64,000 nucleotides of DNA, taken from IMG/VR virus record IMGVR_UViG_3300025132_000021, positions 64,001-128,000 of that record; one strand, 5' to 3'. Positions 1 to 9,287 of the stretch are shown here, piece by piece. Under the pieces are notes generated by a model, which had not been told where the DNA came from, searched no databases, and saw only the letters and a list, made by a program, of their open reading frames with translations. Both the position numbers and the translations under genes were made by a program. How positions within the stretch are numbered: position 1 is the stretch's first letter; each line of letters opens with the position of its first letter. The stretch is from a virus.

Positions 1-5
1 GGCCG

Positions 6-689
6 TTGCCAGATGGAGAACCCTCTTATGATTATCAAGGTGCTTTAGATTATCTTACCGCAGATTCCGTCAATAAGTTTTGGAACGGTTATGAAAAAGA
101 CCAAGGTTCCGCAGGTTCATCAGCCTATACTCGTGAACATGGTTTGAATTATGCTTTGAATGCTTTAGCAGCCATGGTTCCAGACGGAGAAAACAATGAA
201 GATTCGGCTTTTGAAGTAATGATTCGTAATTGTAAGAAACATGATATTCCCGGAATGATTACTGTATTTATTACTGATGGTCATAACTTAGCAGGTCCAG
301 TTAAAAATGGAGAACGCTCAGACGATGCAGACGGAATGACTTTTGACCAGTGGATGCGTCAATTTGGTCATGTGTTTTATATTGTTCTTCAAAGTCAATC
401 GGACGAAAGTGAAATCAGAAGATACAGAAACATGACTATTGAGGCGTTAATGAAAACTTATGGTTGGTCTCGTGAGTTGGCCTCAAAGTTTGTTTGGGGA
501 TTCCCCGATAGTAAAATGATTGACCCAGAAACCGAAGAAAGAATTACTGAAGTTCAAGACCAAATGGGTTGGTTGTTTGCAGAAATTGGCAGAATCTTTG
601 CTGGCACATCAGACGAGTTTGAAGACCTTGCTGAAGAACTTGGCGAAATTGGTCCAGATGGGGATTACAAGAATCCATTAGATGATTAG
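6..689 (+). CDS. C-terminal part of a putative vWA-domain protein (probably 5'-truncated by the window edge)
   Basis: ITVFITDG resembles the vWA MIDAS T/D strand; followed by YIVL beta strand; no start context visible. Confidence 0.45.
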   Translation: MPDGEPSYDYQGALDYLTADSVNKFWNGYEKDQGSAGSSAYTREHGLNYALNALAAMVPDGENNEDSAFEVMIRNCKKHDIPGMITVFITDGHNLAGPVKNGERSDDADGMTFDQWMRQFGHVFYIVLQSQSDESEIRRYRNMTIEALMKTYGWSRELASKFVWGFPDSKMIDPETEERITEVQDQMGWLFAEIGRIFAGTSDEFEDLAEELGEIGPDGDYKNPLDD

Positions 690-700
690 AACCAAAACAA

Positions 701-713
701 TTAAGTAGTCGTG
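701..713 (+). promoter_or_regulatory. Class I TATA-type promoter TTAAGTAGTCGTG
   Basis: Recurrent motif; ATG at 730 is 29 nt downstream. Confidence 0.8.
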
Positions 714-729
714 CCTATAATGACTTATT

Positions 730-1914
730 ATGGAGTCAGGTTCACCAATTACCAAAGCAGACCATGTTTGCCTCGGTCAGAAACTAACTTTTCCAGCGTA
801 TGGAGAAGATTCTTTAATTTCTAATGTCCTGTTTATCACAGGCAAGCGAGGTTCAGGTAAATCTTGGACAGCAGGTGTAATGATGGAAGAGTTTCATAGA
901 CTTGGATTACAATTTGTTTGTTTTGATGCTTTGAATGCTCACGGTGGCATTGATAGTCTGCCCAGAGTGGAATCATTGAAACCAGAAATCGGACAGTCTA
1001 TTGATATGAAATCTTTAGTAGACCGTTTGAAGACTACGGATAAAAGTTTAGTAATTGCTTTAGGAGGTTTGCCTCTGGTTAAGCAACAAGAACTTATCGG
1101 AGATTATTGCGAAGCCTTGATTGAGGCACGACTTGGTAAAGGCATACACACAGTTATTGAAGAATGTCAAGACTTTGTTCCTCAAATGGGCAGACCTATT
1201 TCTTTTGACCCAATCGTAAGACTCTGCAAACTTGGTCGTGCTTTAGGATATGGTGCGTCTTTGGTTTCCCAACGACCCGCAGGTGTGAACAAAGAAGCCC
1301 TTTCGCAAGCATCGGTATATTTAGTTCACAATGTCATTAACAACCGAGACTTGAAAACTTTGGACGAACAATTAAGTTTTGGAACAGACAAGCGATTGAT
1401 TAAGAAAATCTTGAATGGTATTGCTTCGGCTCGCAAAGGAGAGTGTGTTGCCTATGCCCCAGAGTTTTTCCGAGACCGAGGTTATCTGGTTATTGACAAA
1501 GTTCGTGGCGACCGTCAAGCCAAACACACAGGAAACAATGTAGATGTGCGAAGCACTTTGGGTGGAGTTAGCCATAGCGAAGATGAAGAAACAGAACCTT
1601 TTGAAGCCGTAACTTCAGCAGCAGAGTTAATGCCCTTTGCTCGTCAAAGTTCCTCAATAACACCTGCACCAACCCTCGCTAACGAAACATCGCCTTCGGC
1701 TCTCCCGCCGCTTTCCCAAGAGTTTAGAGGTATGGCTAAAGAATATGATGTTTGGGAGCCAAGTGTTGATGATTATGCAACCGAGTATGATACTGAACCA
1801 TTAGTAGAAAAGAAAGAATCTAAAAATACCAAGTGGATTCCTGTTGCTGCTGTGGGAGGAGTTAGCCTTACCGCAGGATTGTTAATGGTTGTTTTACAAG
1901 GTTTTAAGCGATAG
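730..1914 (+). CDS. HerA/FtsK-superfamily P-loop ATPase with C-terminal TM anchor; candidate genome-packaging ATPase
   Basis: Walker A GKRGSGKS, Walker B HTVIEECQ, KLGR arginine finger and SQRPA motif; hydrophobic C-tail ending GFKR. Confidence 0.75.
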   Translation: MESGSPITKADHVCLGQKLTFPAYGEDSLISNVLFITGKRGSGKSWTAGVMMEEFHRLGLQFVCFDALNAHGGIDSLPRVESLKPEIGQSIDMKSLVDRLKTTDKSLVIALGGLPLVKQQELIGDYCEALIEARLGKGIHTVIEECQDFVPQMGRPISFDPIVRLCKLGRALGYGASLVSQRPAGVNKEALSQASVYLVHNVINNRDLKTLDEQLSFGTDKRLIKKILNGIASARKGECVAYAPEFFRDRGYLVIDKVRGDRQAKHTGNNVDVRSTLGGVSHSEDEETEPFEAVTSAAELMPFARQSSSITPAPTLANETSPSALPPLSQEFRGMAKEYDVWEPSVDDYATEYDTEPLVEKKESKNTKWIPVAAVGGVSLTAGLLMVVLQGFKR

Positions 1915-1928
1915 TTTATATCGCTGAT
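1915..1928 (+). promoter_or_regulatory. Class II promoter-like motif TTTATATCGCTGAT
   Basis: Near-identical to TTTATATGGGTGAT at 54753-54766 and 54852-54865; GTG start about 30 nt downstream. Confidence 0.55.
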
Positions 1929-1945
1929 ACCGCTTACTTAAGAGC

Positions 1946-2785
1946 GTGACTATTTTTAATACACTTAGGGTTGGACAACCTCTTCTGTTGTGGGAGGATG
2001 TCAGAGATAAAGTCCCTTATGATGTAGAAATAGACGATTTTCATTCTTTGAATGCAGGTGATTTTGCTCGTCGTTATAGTCAAAGTAAAGTTGAACTGGT
2101 TGGAGATATGCGCTGTCCAGTGTGGTTTGCAGTTAGTCCCAAGACCAGAAAAAAGCAACATTATTGGAAAGTTGCTCAAGCCAATGGCGAAATCAAGTAT
2201 GTGCTACCCACCGATATTTTTAGCAGAGCCAAAGTTGCTCACCATAATAAAAACTTTGACCGTTGGGTTCATTTAGACTTGATTGTTCCTGATGGAGATA
2301 TAATGGATGTTGATAGACAACACTTACAGAAACATCCTTTTTCTTTTTTGTGTCCTATGACTGACCAATGGCTTCGTTATTCTACAATTCGTGGAAACTT
2401 TATTCTTCAAACTTTGCCTTACAAGTCTAATATCGGTGCAAGAGGGATTGTAGACCCAGATGATATGGAATTAGTAATGAACATGGGACATCTGAATCAA
2501 TGGAACTCAAAGTTTTACAAGTCTAAACATGGAATCGGCTATGTAGTTTCTCCAAAGTTCAAACCCGAATACTCTATTTCTAAAAAACTTAATGCAACTG
2601 CTTGGGAAAACTCTGGCGAAAAATGGCCTACTACTTTTGAGATGGATAATACAGATTATTACTATATCCCTTTATCATATTTTGAACCTTATGCCATTCC
2701 AGTATCCGACCTTGACCCTCTAACTACCCATGTTCTCAACTGGACAATCACTGGTTGCGACGATTTGATTAGAGCAAATCTTTAA
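1946..2785 (+). CDS. hypothetical protein
   Basis: 279-aa ORF; stop TAA lies inside the next TTAAGTA box (2782). Confidence 0.7.
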   Translation: MTIFNTLRVGQPLLLWEDVRDKVPYDVEIDDFHSLNAGDFARRYSQSKVELVGDMRCPVWFAVSPKTRKKQHYWKVAQANGEIKYVLPTDIFSRAKVAHHNKNFDRWVHLDLIVPDGDIMDVDRQHLQKHPFSFLCPMTDQWLRYSTIRGNFILQTLPYKSNIGARGIVDPDDMELVMNMGHLNQWNSKFYKSKHGIGYVVSPKFKPEYSISKKLNATAWENSGEKWPTTFEMDNTDYYYIPLSYFEPYAIPVSDLDPLTTHVLNWTITGCDDLIRANL

Positions 2786-2821
2786 GTATCAGGACTAACC
2801 AATTCTAATTAGGTTTTACCT

Positions 2822-3229
2822 ATGACAATGGATAATGGATTTAACGAACCCCTAATTGAAGACCCTAACTCTACGGTCGCAGACTATCCTTGGGATGGAG
2901 ACCACGGGGCAACTCGTTCATACCACACCAGTTCAATGGCTGTTATGACAAACCCAATGCCCTCTATGGTCGCACCAGCAAAGGACGCTGTTAGCGAAGA
3001 GTTTGAAGGATTAAAAGAAGAAGTTTCAGAGTCATCACCAGAAGGTGCTGACATGGGACAGACTGGCGACGCTGGTGGCGACGCAGACGGACAAAACTTT
3101 GGACAAGACCAAGGTTCACAAGATACAAAGGCTGCTGAAGGCATCAATGTGCCTATTGTTGGCTCTGTTTCTTTGATGACTATTGGTATTCTTGGCGTAG
3201 TTGGCTTCTTACTTTACAGGAGAAAGTAG
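2822..3229 (+). CDS. acidic disordered protein with C-terminal TM anchor (putative virion membrane protein)
   Basis: P-I at 2782 (40 nt); KAAE motif just before the TM; ends YRRK. Confidence 0.7.
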   Translation: MTMDNGFNEPLIEDPNSTVADYPWDGDHGATRSYHTSSMAVMTNPMPSMVAPAKDAVSEEFEGLKEEVSESSPEGADMGQTGDAGGDADGQNFGQDQGSQDTKAAEGINVPIVGSVSLMTIGILGVVGFLLYRRK

Positions 3230-3266
3230 GGCAATCTTTAAGTAGTAAAAGGAATAAGGTGATTAT

Positions 3267-4124
3267 ATGGCACGAGTAATTGGAAATGCAGTTCTACCAG
3301 ATTTGCCCTATTCCCCAAATCTAAACCCACTACCTTCAGTTAATATCACCCGTGATACACTGGCAGGATACAATGCAAAAATTGAAATGGGTCAAGGATT
3401 AAGTGCCAAGACCCCACGACCAGCACCCACACTAAGTAAAATGCCTGTAATCGGAGTTCCCGAATCAGCACCATTGTCAATGGAAGCACAGGCTATGGGT
3501 GCAGGATATGGACAAGGTATTGTTCCAATGACCCCTCGCCCAGCACCTACACAAATTAACATTCCTCGTGTAGATGTTCCTCTTGGTAGTATGGCTCAAG
3601 ATTACGCTTTGCAGAATTATGATTTGATGGGTCAAGGTATTACGCCTTCCGCACAATATCTACGCCCAACTCACACTATGGAAGTTTATGCACCAGCCGC
3701 AGCACCTAATGTTGCAGGTCTTGAGCGCATGAAGGCTGAAACCATGATGGGTCGTGTCAATGCACACCAACCAGCCATGAACTTCGGTGGAGACCCAAGA
3801 TTTGAAGCAGAGATGACTTCAATTCGTCCAACTAACCCTCGTCTACTTGCTCGTGCGCCAACAGTCAATGTTAAGCAATCCGAGCAAAGAATCCCAATTC
3901 GTGAGTTGCCTCTTGTGCCAGCCAGCACACAACCACGAGTTCCAAATGTCGGCAAACTTGTAGGCCCAGTTAAGGCTATCAAGATGGAAGCCGAGTATGT
4001 AGCCCCTCCTATCCGCAACTCTGACCTCGGTGGTATGTTAAACAGCACCAGTCGTGTTGGAGGATTTGGAAACAGTAGCGGTCGTAGTTTCGGTGCAGAA
4101 GCACCTTTGACAATGCGACTCTAA
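3267..4124 (+). CDS. Pro/Met-rich repeat protein with several Phi-x-A-E motifs
   Basis: P-I at 3238 (29 nt); GQG..TPRPAPT repeats; MEAQ, MKAE, FEAE, MEAE, FGAE. Confidence 0.75.
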   Translation: MARVIGNAVLPDLPYSPNLNPLPSVNITRDTLAGYNAKIEMGQGLSAKTPRPAPTLSKMPVIGVPESAPLSMEAQAMGAGYGQGIVPMTPRPAPTQINIPRVDVPLGSMAQDYALQNYDLMGQGITPSAQYLRPTHTMEVYAPAAAPNVAGLERMKAETMMGRVNAHQPAMNFGGDPRFEAEMTSIRPTNPRLLARAPTVNVKQSEQRIPIRELPLVPASTQPRVPNVGKLVGPVKAIKMEAEYVAPPIRNSDLGGMLNSTSRVGGFGNSSGRSFGAEAPLTMRL

Positions 4125-4154
4125 ACAAAATAAAAAAACGGAGATGAACAAAAA

Positions 4155-4373
4155 ATGGATACAAAAGTAATAATTGTAGGAACAAGTTTGTTGGTAGTCG
4201 GTGCTTTCGCAGCATTGGGTGGAACTTTAGAAGCGTTCACTGTGCCTCTCCCAATCGTCGGCATGAATGCCCTTCAAGTTGGAGGCGTTGTCGTTGCATT
4301 GGTAGGTGTAGGAACTCTTGTAGGTTTTGACCCACTTCGCTTGAAGCAAGCCGCAGCCTCAACAGCATTCTAA
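4155..4373 (+). CDS. small 2-TM membrane protein
   Basis: A-tract plus GGAGATGA SD; two hydrophobic helices. Confidence 0.75.
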   Translation: MDTKVIIVGTSLLVVGAFAALGGTLEAFTVPLPIVGMNALQVGGVVVALVGVGTLVGFDPLRLKQAAASTAF

Positions 4374-4404
4374 GTGCCGCCTACGCTTAGGCGGTGAGAT
4401 AGAA

Positions 4405-4755
4405 ATGGATTCCAAAACTTTAGCAGAAACACAACGCATTTGTGATGCAGGGCTTGGGGCATATTTGTCTCAAAAGCACTCAGACTTTAGGTTGAAAAAC
4501 TTTAGTCGTGGAATTGTTGCTGGTTCAGTTTTCTCTGTTATTACCTATGGACTTATGAGTTTTGTCTTTGATATGAAAACACAAGCCATGTCTTATGCTT
4601 TAATTCCATTTGGTGCAGGTCTTCTTGGTGGTTCTTACCGAGGATTGACTCAAGCCGAGTCTGAAGATACTTTACATACCACTGATTTTGATGAAGTTTG
4701 TGCCAGTTTAGAATCTGATGAAGATGAAGATGAAGCAGAAGAAGATTCTGAATGA
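4405..4755 (+). CDS. 2-TM membrane protein with acidic tail
   Basis: GGTGAG SD; two hydrophobic segments. Confidence 0.7.
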   Translation: MDSKTLAETQRICDAGLGAYLSQKHSDFRLKNFSRGIVAGSVFSVITYGLMSFVFDMKTQAMSYALIPFGAGLLGGSYRGLTQAESEDTLHTTDFDEVCASLESDEDEDEAEEDSE

Positions 4756-4794
4756 GCAGTAATCTTTAAGTAGTCGTTCCATTTCATTTTAATT

Positions 4795-5082
4795 ATGGCA
4801 ACAGATATGTTCTCCGTTATTGTCCCTATGGTCGTTGGTGTTGGTCTTACTGCGGTGGTTGTTAAACTACTAATGAAGAAAACCGAAAAGAAATCAGAAC
4901 AGCAATCTGCTTTGATTACATCACCTACTGAAAATGAGATGCTCATGCGTAGTTTGCTTATGCGACCTACCGTTAATGCAGAACTTAATGCTAAGTATGG
5001 CTCTGCACCAAGTCCAGTTTCAGTTAGCACCATGACTGACCTGATTGTGGGAACTCCTTTACCCAGAGCCATCTATTCTTGA
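4795..5082 (+). CDS. small protein with N-terminal TM
   Basis: P-I at 4766 (29 nt). Confidence 0.7.
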   Translation: MATDMFSVIVPMVVGVGLTAVVVKLLMKKTEKKSEQQSALITSPTENEMLMRSLLMRPTVNAELNAKYGSAPSPVSVSTMTDLIVGTPLPRAIYS

Positions 5083-5091
5083 GGTTTTATT

Positions 5092-5652
5092 ATGAGAACT
5101 ACCTACCTTAATAGTCAAAAATACGCCTTAATTGGCACACTTGCTGCTATTTGTGGTGGTGTTTTGATGGTAGATTATTTACAAAAACAAAAAGTTAATG
5201 AATCAGAAGATGAAAAAGATTCTGATTGTGGTTGCTCTCATAAGAAAAATGCAGAAGCCCGAATTACTCGTGGACAAGAGGTTTATCAGTCTGAAATGAA
5301 CCAAGATGTTTCTGGTTCTGCTGCTGATTTGAACAGACTTAATCCAGTAGAAGTTGGCGGTGCAGAAGATGTCTACGGTGCTGAAAGTTTTGACACACAA
5401 TATGTTAATATGAATCCAATGGATTATCAGACTCCAACGGCTTTTAGCAACTATTCAGGTTATGCTTCCCAACCTTTTTGGGACCAAGCCAATGATTACT
5501 TGCCAGAATATCGCTTTGCTATGCCATGGTCCAGCAGTTATCTACCAGTAGATGCTTACCGACCTCAAGATTACCAAGGCTACCCAGCAGGCCCACTTCC
5601 TTATGATATGAGAACTCGTAGTATGAATTATACTACTTATCAACGCTCTTGA
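5092..5652 (+). CDS. N-terminal TM protein with Y/P-rich tail and AE motifs
   Basis: TM aa 11-29; KNAE, GGAE, YGAE. Confidence 0.7.
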   Translation: MRTTYLNSQKYALIGTLAAICGGVLMVDYLQKQKVNESEDEKDSDCGCSHKKNAEARITRGQEVYQSEMNQDVSGSAADLNRLNPVEVGGAEDVYGAESFDTQYVNMNPMDYQTPTAFSNYSGYASQPFWDQANDYLPEYRFAMPWSSSYLPVDAYRPQDYQGYPAGPLPYDMRTRSMNYTTYQRS

Positions 5653-5686
5653 GAACTATTAAGTAGTATCTCTGACATTTAAGAGT

Positions 5687-6277
5687 ATGAAAACTCTTGA
5701 TGATGTGCAAGATGATAATTTTAATCCGAGGTATGCAGCCCCTAATTCTATGTTTGAATGGTTAAATGATAACTTACCTAATGGTTCTAAGATTTTAGAG
5801 TTCGGTTCAGGCACAGGAACAATTAAATTAACTAAAAGTTTTGAGGTCACTTCTATTGAAGATAATGAACAATGGTTGTATTTAGCCCCCGAAAGCACTT
5901 ACATTTATGCCCCATCAGTCAATGATTGGTATGATTGGCAAGCCTTAGAAATCTTACAAGATGAAACTTTTGAAGCAATTATTATTGACGGACCTGCTGG
6001 GATAAATAACCGAGTTCATTTGATAGATTGGATAAATGTTTATCCTAATGTTTTTAATCAAGCCAGATTTGTTGTCGTAGATGATGTCTTTTTACCAACT
6101 GGTGAAACGCCATTTGTTCAACTTTTCAAACAATTAGGGTGGGAATTACTACATCACAACCCAAGTGAGAAAGACGGTCATAATTGGAGTGTTTATGTTA
6201 AAATCCATGAATGTCCAGAATGCGGAGAAGAGTTTAATCGTTATAATGACATGATAGAATGTTGTGCTAATCTTTAA
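5687..6277 (+). CDS. class I SAM-dependent methyltransferase (probably glycan O-methyltransferase type)
   Basis: ILEFGSGTGT motif I, VTSIED, IIIDGP, VVVDD; P-I at 5659. Confidence 0.75.
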   Translation: MKTLDDVQDDNFNPRYAAPNSMFEWLNDNLPNGSKILEFGSGTGTIKLTKSFEVTSIEDNEQWLYLAPESTYIYAPSVNDWYDWQALEILQDETFEAIIIDGPAGINNRVHLIDWINVYPNVFNQARFVVVDDVFLPTGETPFVQLFKQLGWELLHHNPSEKDGHNWSVYVKIHECPECGEEFNRYNDMIECCANL

Positions 6278-6302
6278 GTAGTCGTAAGCCTCAACACATA
6301 CT

Positions 6303-6530
6303 ATGCGAAACTATCCAGCAGAGTTTTATGCGAAGGACAAAAAACCACTTCATCAAATTGGTTATAGTGTTTCTTTGGCTATGATGGCAGTAGGAGTTTT
6401 AGAAACTTTACATGGTGTCTATTATCAAGTGAAGCAAGGCGATGGAAACCTCATTCTTGGACCAGCCCTTTTTGTAGCAGGCGGTGGCACAGCCTACCTC
6501 TGGCTTAAAGAGGCTGGAGTTGTCTACTGA
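6303..6530 (+). CDS. small 2-TM membrane protein
   Basis: P-I at 6274 (29 nt); two hydrophobic helices. Confidence 0.7.
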   Translation: MRNYPAEFYAKDKKPLHQIGYSVSLAMMAVGVLETLHGVYYQVKQGDGNLILGPALFVAGGGTAYLWLKEAGVVY

Positions 6531-7069
6531 TGAGTGTTGAGTGTCCAATTTGTTTTCAAAAGTTTGACTCTTTCCGAGGGCTAAATGGACACATGAACCG
6601 CCATAGACCTAAACGCTTGCGTGCTGAATCATCTAATATGGATTGTCCTATTTGCGGTGAAACTTGTAGTCAAGTTTCCAATACTGATTATGAATGTTCC
6701 ACTTGTGAAACTTTGTGGACTAAAATGCAAGGCGATGGATTTACCTATTTAGAGGCCGAAGAAGAAGATATTCTCGTTCCTTTTTTTGAAGGACAAGTCA
6801 TTATGCTGGATTGTCCCTTATGTAGTTATAGAACACCTCTTATTCAAGTAGGCTCAGGATTTTGCGAGGATTGTGGAGAGATGGTAAGTGCTTTTGAATT
6901 AAAACATTATTGTTTAGAGAATCACCCAGAATCAGTGCGAGACATTATTGAAGATGACATAGATGCTTATAATGAAGCAGAGTTTTGGCTACTTGAGAGT
7001 CATGCAGATTTTTGCCCAGCCATTCAATCAGGAGCCTTCACAGTAGAGGACATAGAAGATAACCTTTAA
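6530..7069 (+). CDS. multi zinc-finger protein (C2H2 plus Zn ribbons) with domains separated by LRAE and LEAE
   Basis: CPIC-F-L-H-H C2H2; CPIC..CSTC; CPLC..CEDC. Confidence 0.75.
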   Translation: MSVECPICFQKFDSFRGLNGHMNRHRPKRLRAESSNMDCPICGETCSQVSNTDYECSTCETLWTKMQGDGFTYLEAEEEDILVPFFEGQVIMLDCPLCSYRTPLIQVGSGFCEDCGEMVSAFELKHYCLENHPESVRDIIEDDIDAYNEAEFWLLESHADFCPAIQSGAFTVEDIEDNL

Positions 7070-7094
7070 GTAGTCGTATCGTGAAGGGTTTTTT

Positions 7095-7538
7095 ATGGCA
7101 CTAATGACCAACGGTTATGTTCGTAAAGATTCTAATTCTAAAATGGGATTCTTACCACCAACTTCAACAGAGGCTTTAATGATGGGAGATGGTTCATTGA
7201 TGGATACTGCTGCTTTCCGTGATGGACACCCAACTACTAAATACACTCCTGCTGAACTCGGCATGGATGTTACGGCTTCACCTTTTTACGACCCTGAGAA
7301 AACTCAAGCAGCCAAAGCCGAGCCACAGCCGAGCGAAGGCGAGACAGTGGCACAGGATAGCCAAACGGCTGCCGACTCGGAGTTCGGTGCAGATACTCTT
7401 AATCCATTAGGAGTTTCTATGCCAGATGCACTCCAAAACTTTAATTCGTGGGCATCTCTAAATGTAGGCAAAATAATTCTGGGCGCAGGAGTTCTATATT
7501 TAGCCTATCGTTTGGGGGCTAACACTAATGCTTCGTGA
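7095..7538 (+). CDS. disordered protein with C-terminal TM
   Basis: P-I at 7066 (29 nt); FGAD motif before the anchor. Confidence 0.7.
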   Translation: MALMTNGYVRKDSNSKMGFLPPTSTEALMMGDGSLMDTAAFRDGHPTTKYTPAELGMDVTASPFYDPEKTQAAKAEPQPSEGETVAQDSQTAADSEFGADTLNPLGVSMPDALQNFNSWASLNVGKIILGAGVLYLAYRLGANTNAS

Positions 7539-8058
7539 GTGGCATCCCGGACAGCGTGTAACTTCAATTGCTGTTCAATCATTAGGAGTAGGAACAATTC
7601 TTGTTCCCTCAATTAGTCATGTAATCGTTGAGTGGGATGATGGTTCTTGGTCTAAAGAACGATACCAAGATATAATTTATGTTGGCGAGTCTAAACTTGA
7701 ACCCTTACCGATTCCCACCAAAGGTGGAAATCCGATACCCCGCCGAGGCTCTAATGATAGCACATTAGATGGTGCTAACAAACTTGACTTAGACCCACAA
7801 ATAGATTTTGATGATGACACTATTCCTAATCAGATGAATCCAGACAGACCCTCAAACCAAAATCCCTATTCTTCAGGTAGTCTGAATCCAGAGATATTTT
7901 CAGTTGAAAGTTTTGATGAGATTTCTTACGCACCCGACCGTGGACGATTTTCTAATCCAACCCTACTTAGACAACAAACTTTAGATTCGGCTTTAGAGCG
8001 TGCGATGACCAATTGGTTGCTACAAGGCGGAGGCGACCGAATGAGGAGGAAAATCTAA
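7528..8058 (+). CDS. hypothetical protein with N-terminal SH3/Tudor-like beta barrel
   Basis: WHPGQRV...GVGTI...VIVEWDDG pattern. Confidence 0.55.
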   Translation: MLREWHPGQRVTSIAVQSLGVGTILVPSISHVIVEWDDGSWSKERYQDIIYVGESKLEPLPIPTKGGNPIPRRGSNDSTLDGANKLDLDPQIDFDDDTIPNQMNPDRPSNQNPYSSGSLNPEIFSVESFDEISYAPDRGRFSNPTLLRQQTLDSALERAMTNWLLQGGGDRMRRKI

Positions 8059-9248
8059 TGATGCCTACTTATTATCAATCTTTTGATACAGGAGAAACTA
8101 AAACTCTTGATGCTTGGTCTCAAGGCTATGTGCTTTACACCCAAGCCGATGGCAGCATGGTAGGTTATACTAAGTTTTCAAATGGGATTCCACCTATTAC
8201 TTTGCGCCCTGTTGATTCACCTCCCGGTTCTGCTTCAGGACCCAACTTCCCTCCATTTGGGATTCAAACATCTGCTTTGTTTCATGCCGAGTCTACTCAA
8301 TTTGATTTACTACGCCGAGAACTTCGCTCACAAGGTTTAGACCTGCAAGCCAGCAAGCGTATTCCTGAAAACTGGGTAATCTTACTTGAAGAAAGTTTGC
8401 CTATGGGTTTTTCTATGCAAGCCTTAGTTGCCCCAGAATACTATTCGGGTTATGATGCTGACCCATTCCAACAAGTAGTAGGAGGACAAGGTGAAGCAGG
8501 AATTAACCAACAAGGAATCGGAGTTATTCTTCGTGGCAACGGACAAATGGCTAAAGATATTTGGTTAGAGGGTTCTTCTTTAGAACGCCAAACTGAAAAC
8601 TTTGACAAAGCCGTTAAAGTAGCCAGTCAATTTCTTAATCCAGTTGTTTCTCATCAAAACATTGGTGCGATTGAAGGTCGTAGTCCTTTCAACACAGATG
8701 GACGACCTTGGAAACCGGGCGACCTTGTGAATGTTTCCAGAGATTCATTAGATGGAGGCGGTTTAGCCACAGCCCATGTAGTCCGAGTTTATACTACTGA
8801 TGTTTTAGTTGTTTGGCCTAATGATGCTGACCACCCAAAGTCTGAATATCCACGAGGTTGGTTCACTCAAGAAGATAAAGAAGATTTAATTTTCATTAAA
8901 GAAGACCCAGCATGGTTGGTCGCATGGAAAAAACTTCCCTTGGATTTATCCTCTCGTTATGGTGCAGAAACTCGTTATGAAAATGAGTTAGGATACAATA
9001 TGGATGGACGCTGGTTCACCCCAAGTAATCCACTACCTTTGTATGGAGGCACGGCAGAACGCCAACAAGAAGCCATGATGATGGGTTCTCCTCCACCATG
9101 GGCTACTATGATAGATATGCCAATAGGCTTATCACTTCGCACTACACCTAAGCATTCTTCTTCAGATATTTACACCGAGATGGATGAAATCAGTCTTCAT
9201 CTTCGTCGTCAAGAGGCTCTTGCTGAACTCACAGGACTTCGCTTATAA
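8058..9248 (+). CDS. multi-module protein with FHAE and YGAE motifs and an internal SH3-like module
   Basis: GAGGAGG SD and TAATG overlap place the start at 8058; WKPGDLV..HVVRV..VLVVW module. Confidence 0.65.
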   Translation: MMPTYYQSFDTGETKTLDAWSQGYVLYTQADGSMVGYTKFSNGIPPITLRPVDSPPGSASGPNFPPFGIQTSALFHAESTQFDLLRRELRSQGLDLQASKRIPENWVILLEESLPMGFSMQALVAPEYYSGYDADPFQQVVGGQGEAGINQQGIGVILRGNGQMAKDIWLEGSSLERQTENFDKAVKVASQFLNPVVSHQNIGAIEGRSPFNTDGRPWKPGDLVNVSRDSLDGGGLATAHVVRVYTTDVLVVWPNDADHPKSEYPRGWFTQEDKEDLIFIKEDPAWLVAWKKLPLDLSSRYGAETRYENELGYNMDGRWFTPSNPLPLYGGTAERQQEAMMMGSPPPWATMIDMPIGLSLRTTPKHSSSDIYTEMDEISLHLRRQEALAELTGLRL

Positions 9249-9287
9249 TAGCAAATCTTTAAGTATCGGAATGGATACAGATTGAGT

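Noticed and set aside
730-1914. HerA-based defence or DNA-repair operon
   Set aside because: No NurA, Sir2 or nuclease partner is adjacent; the TM anchor and structural-class promoter fit morphogenesis better.
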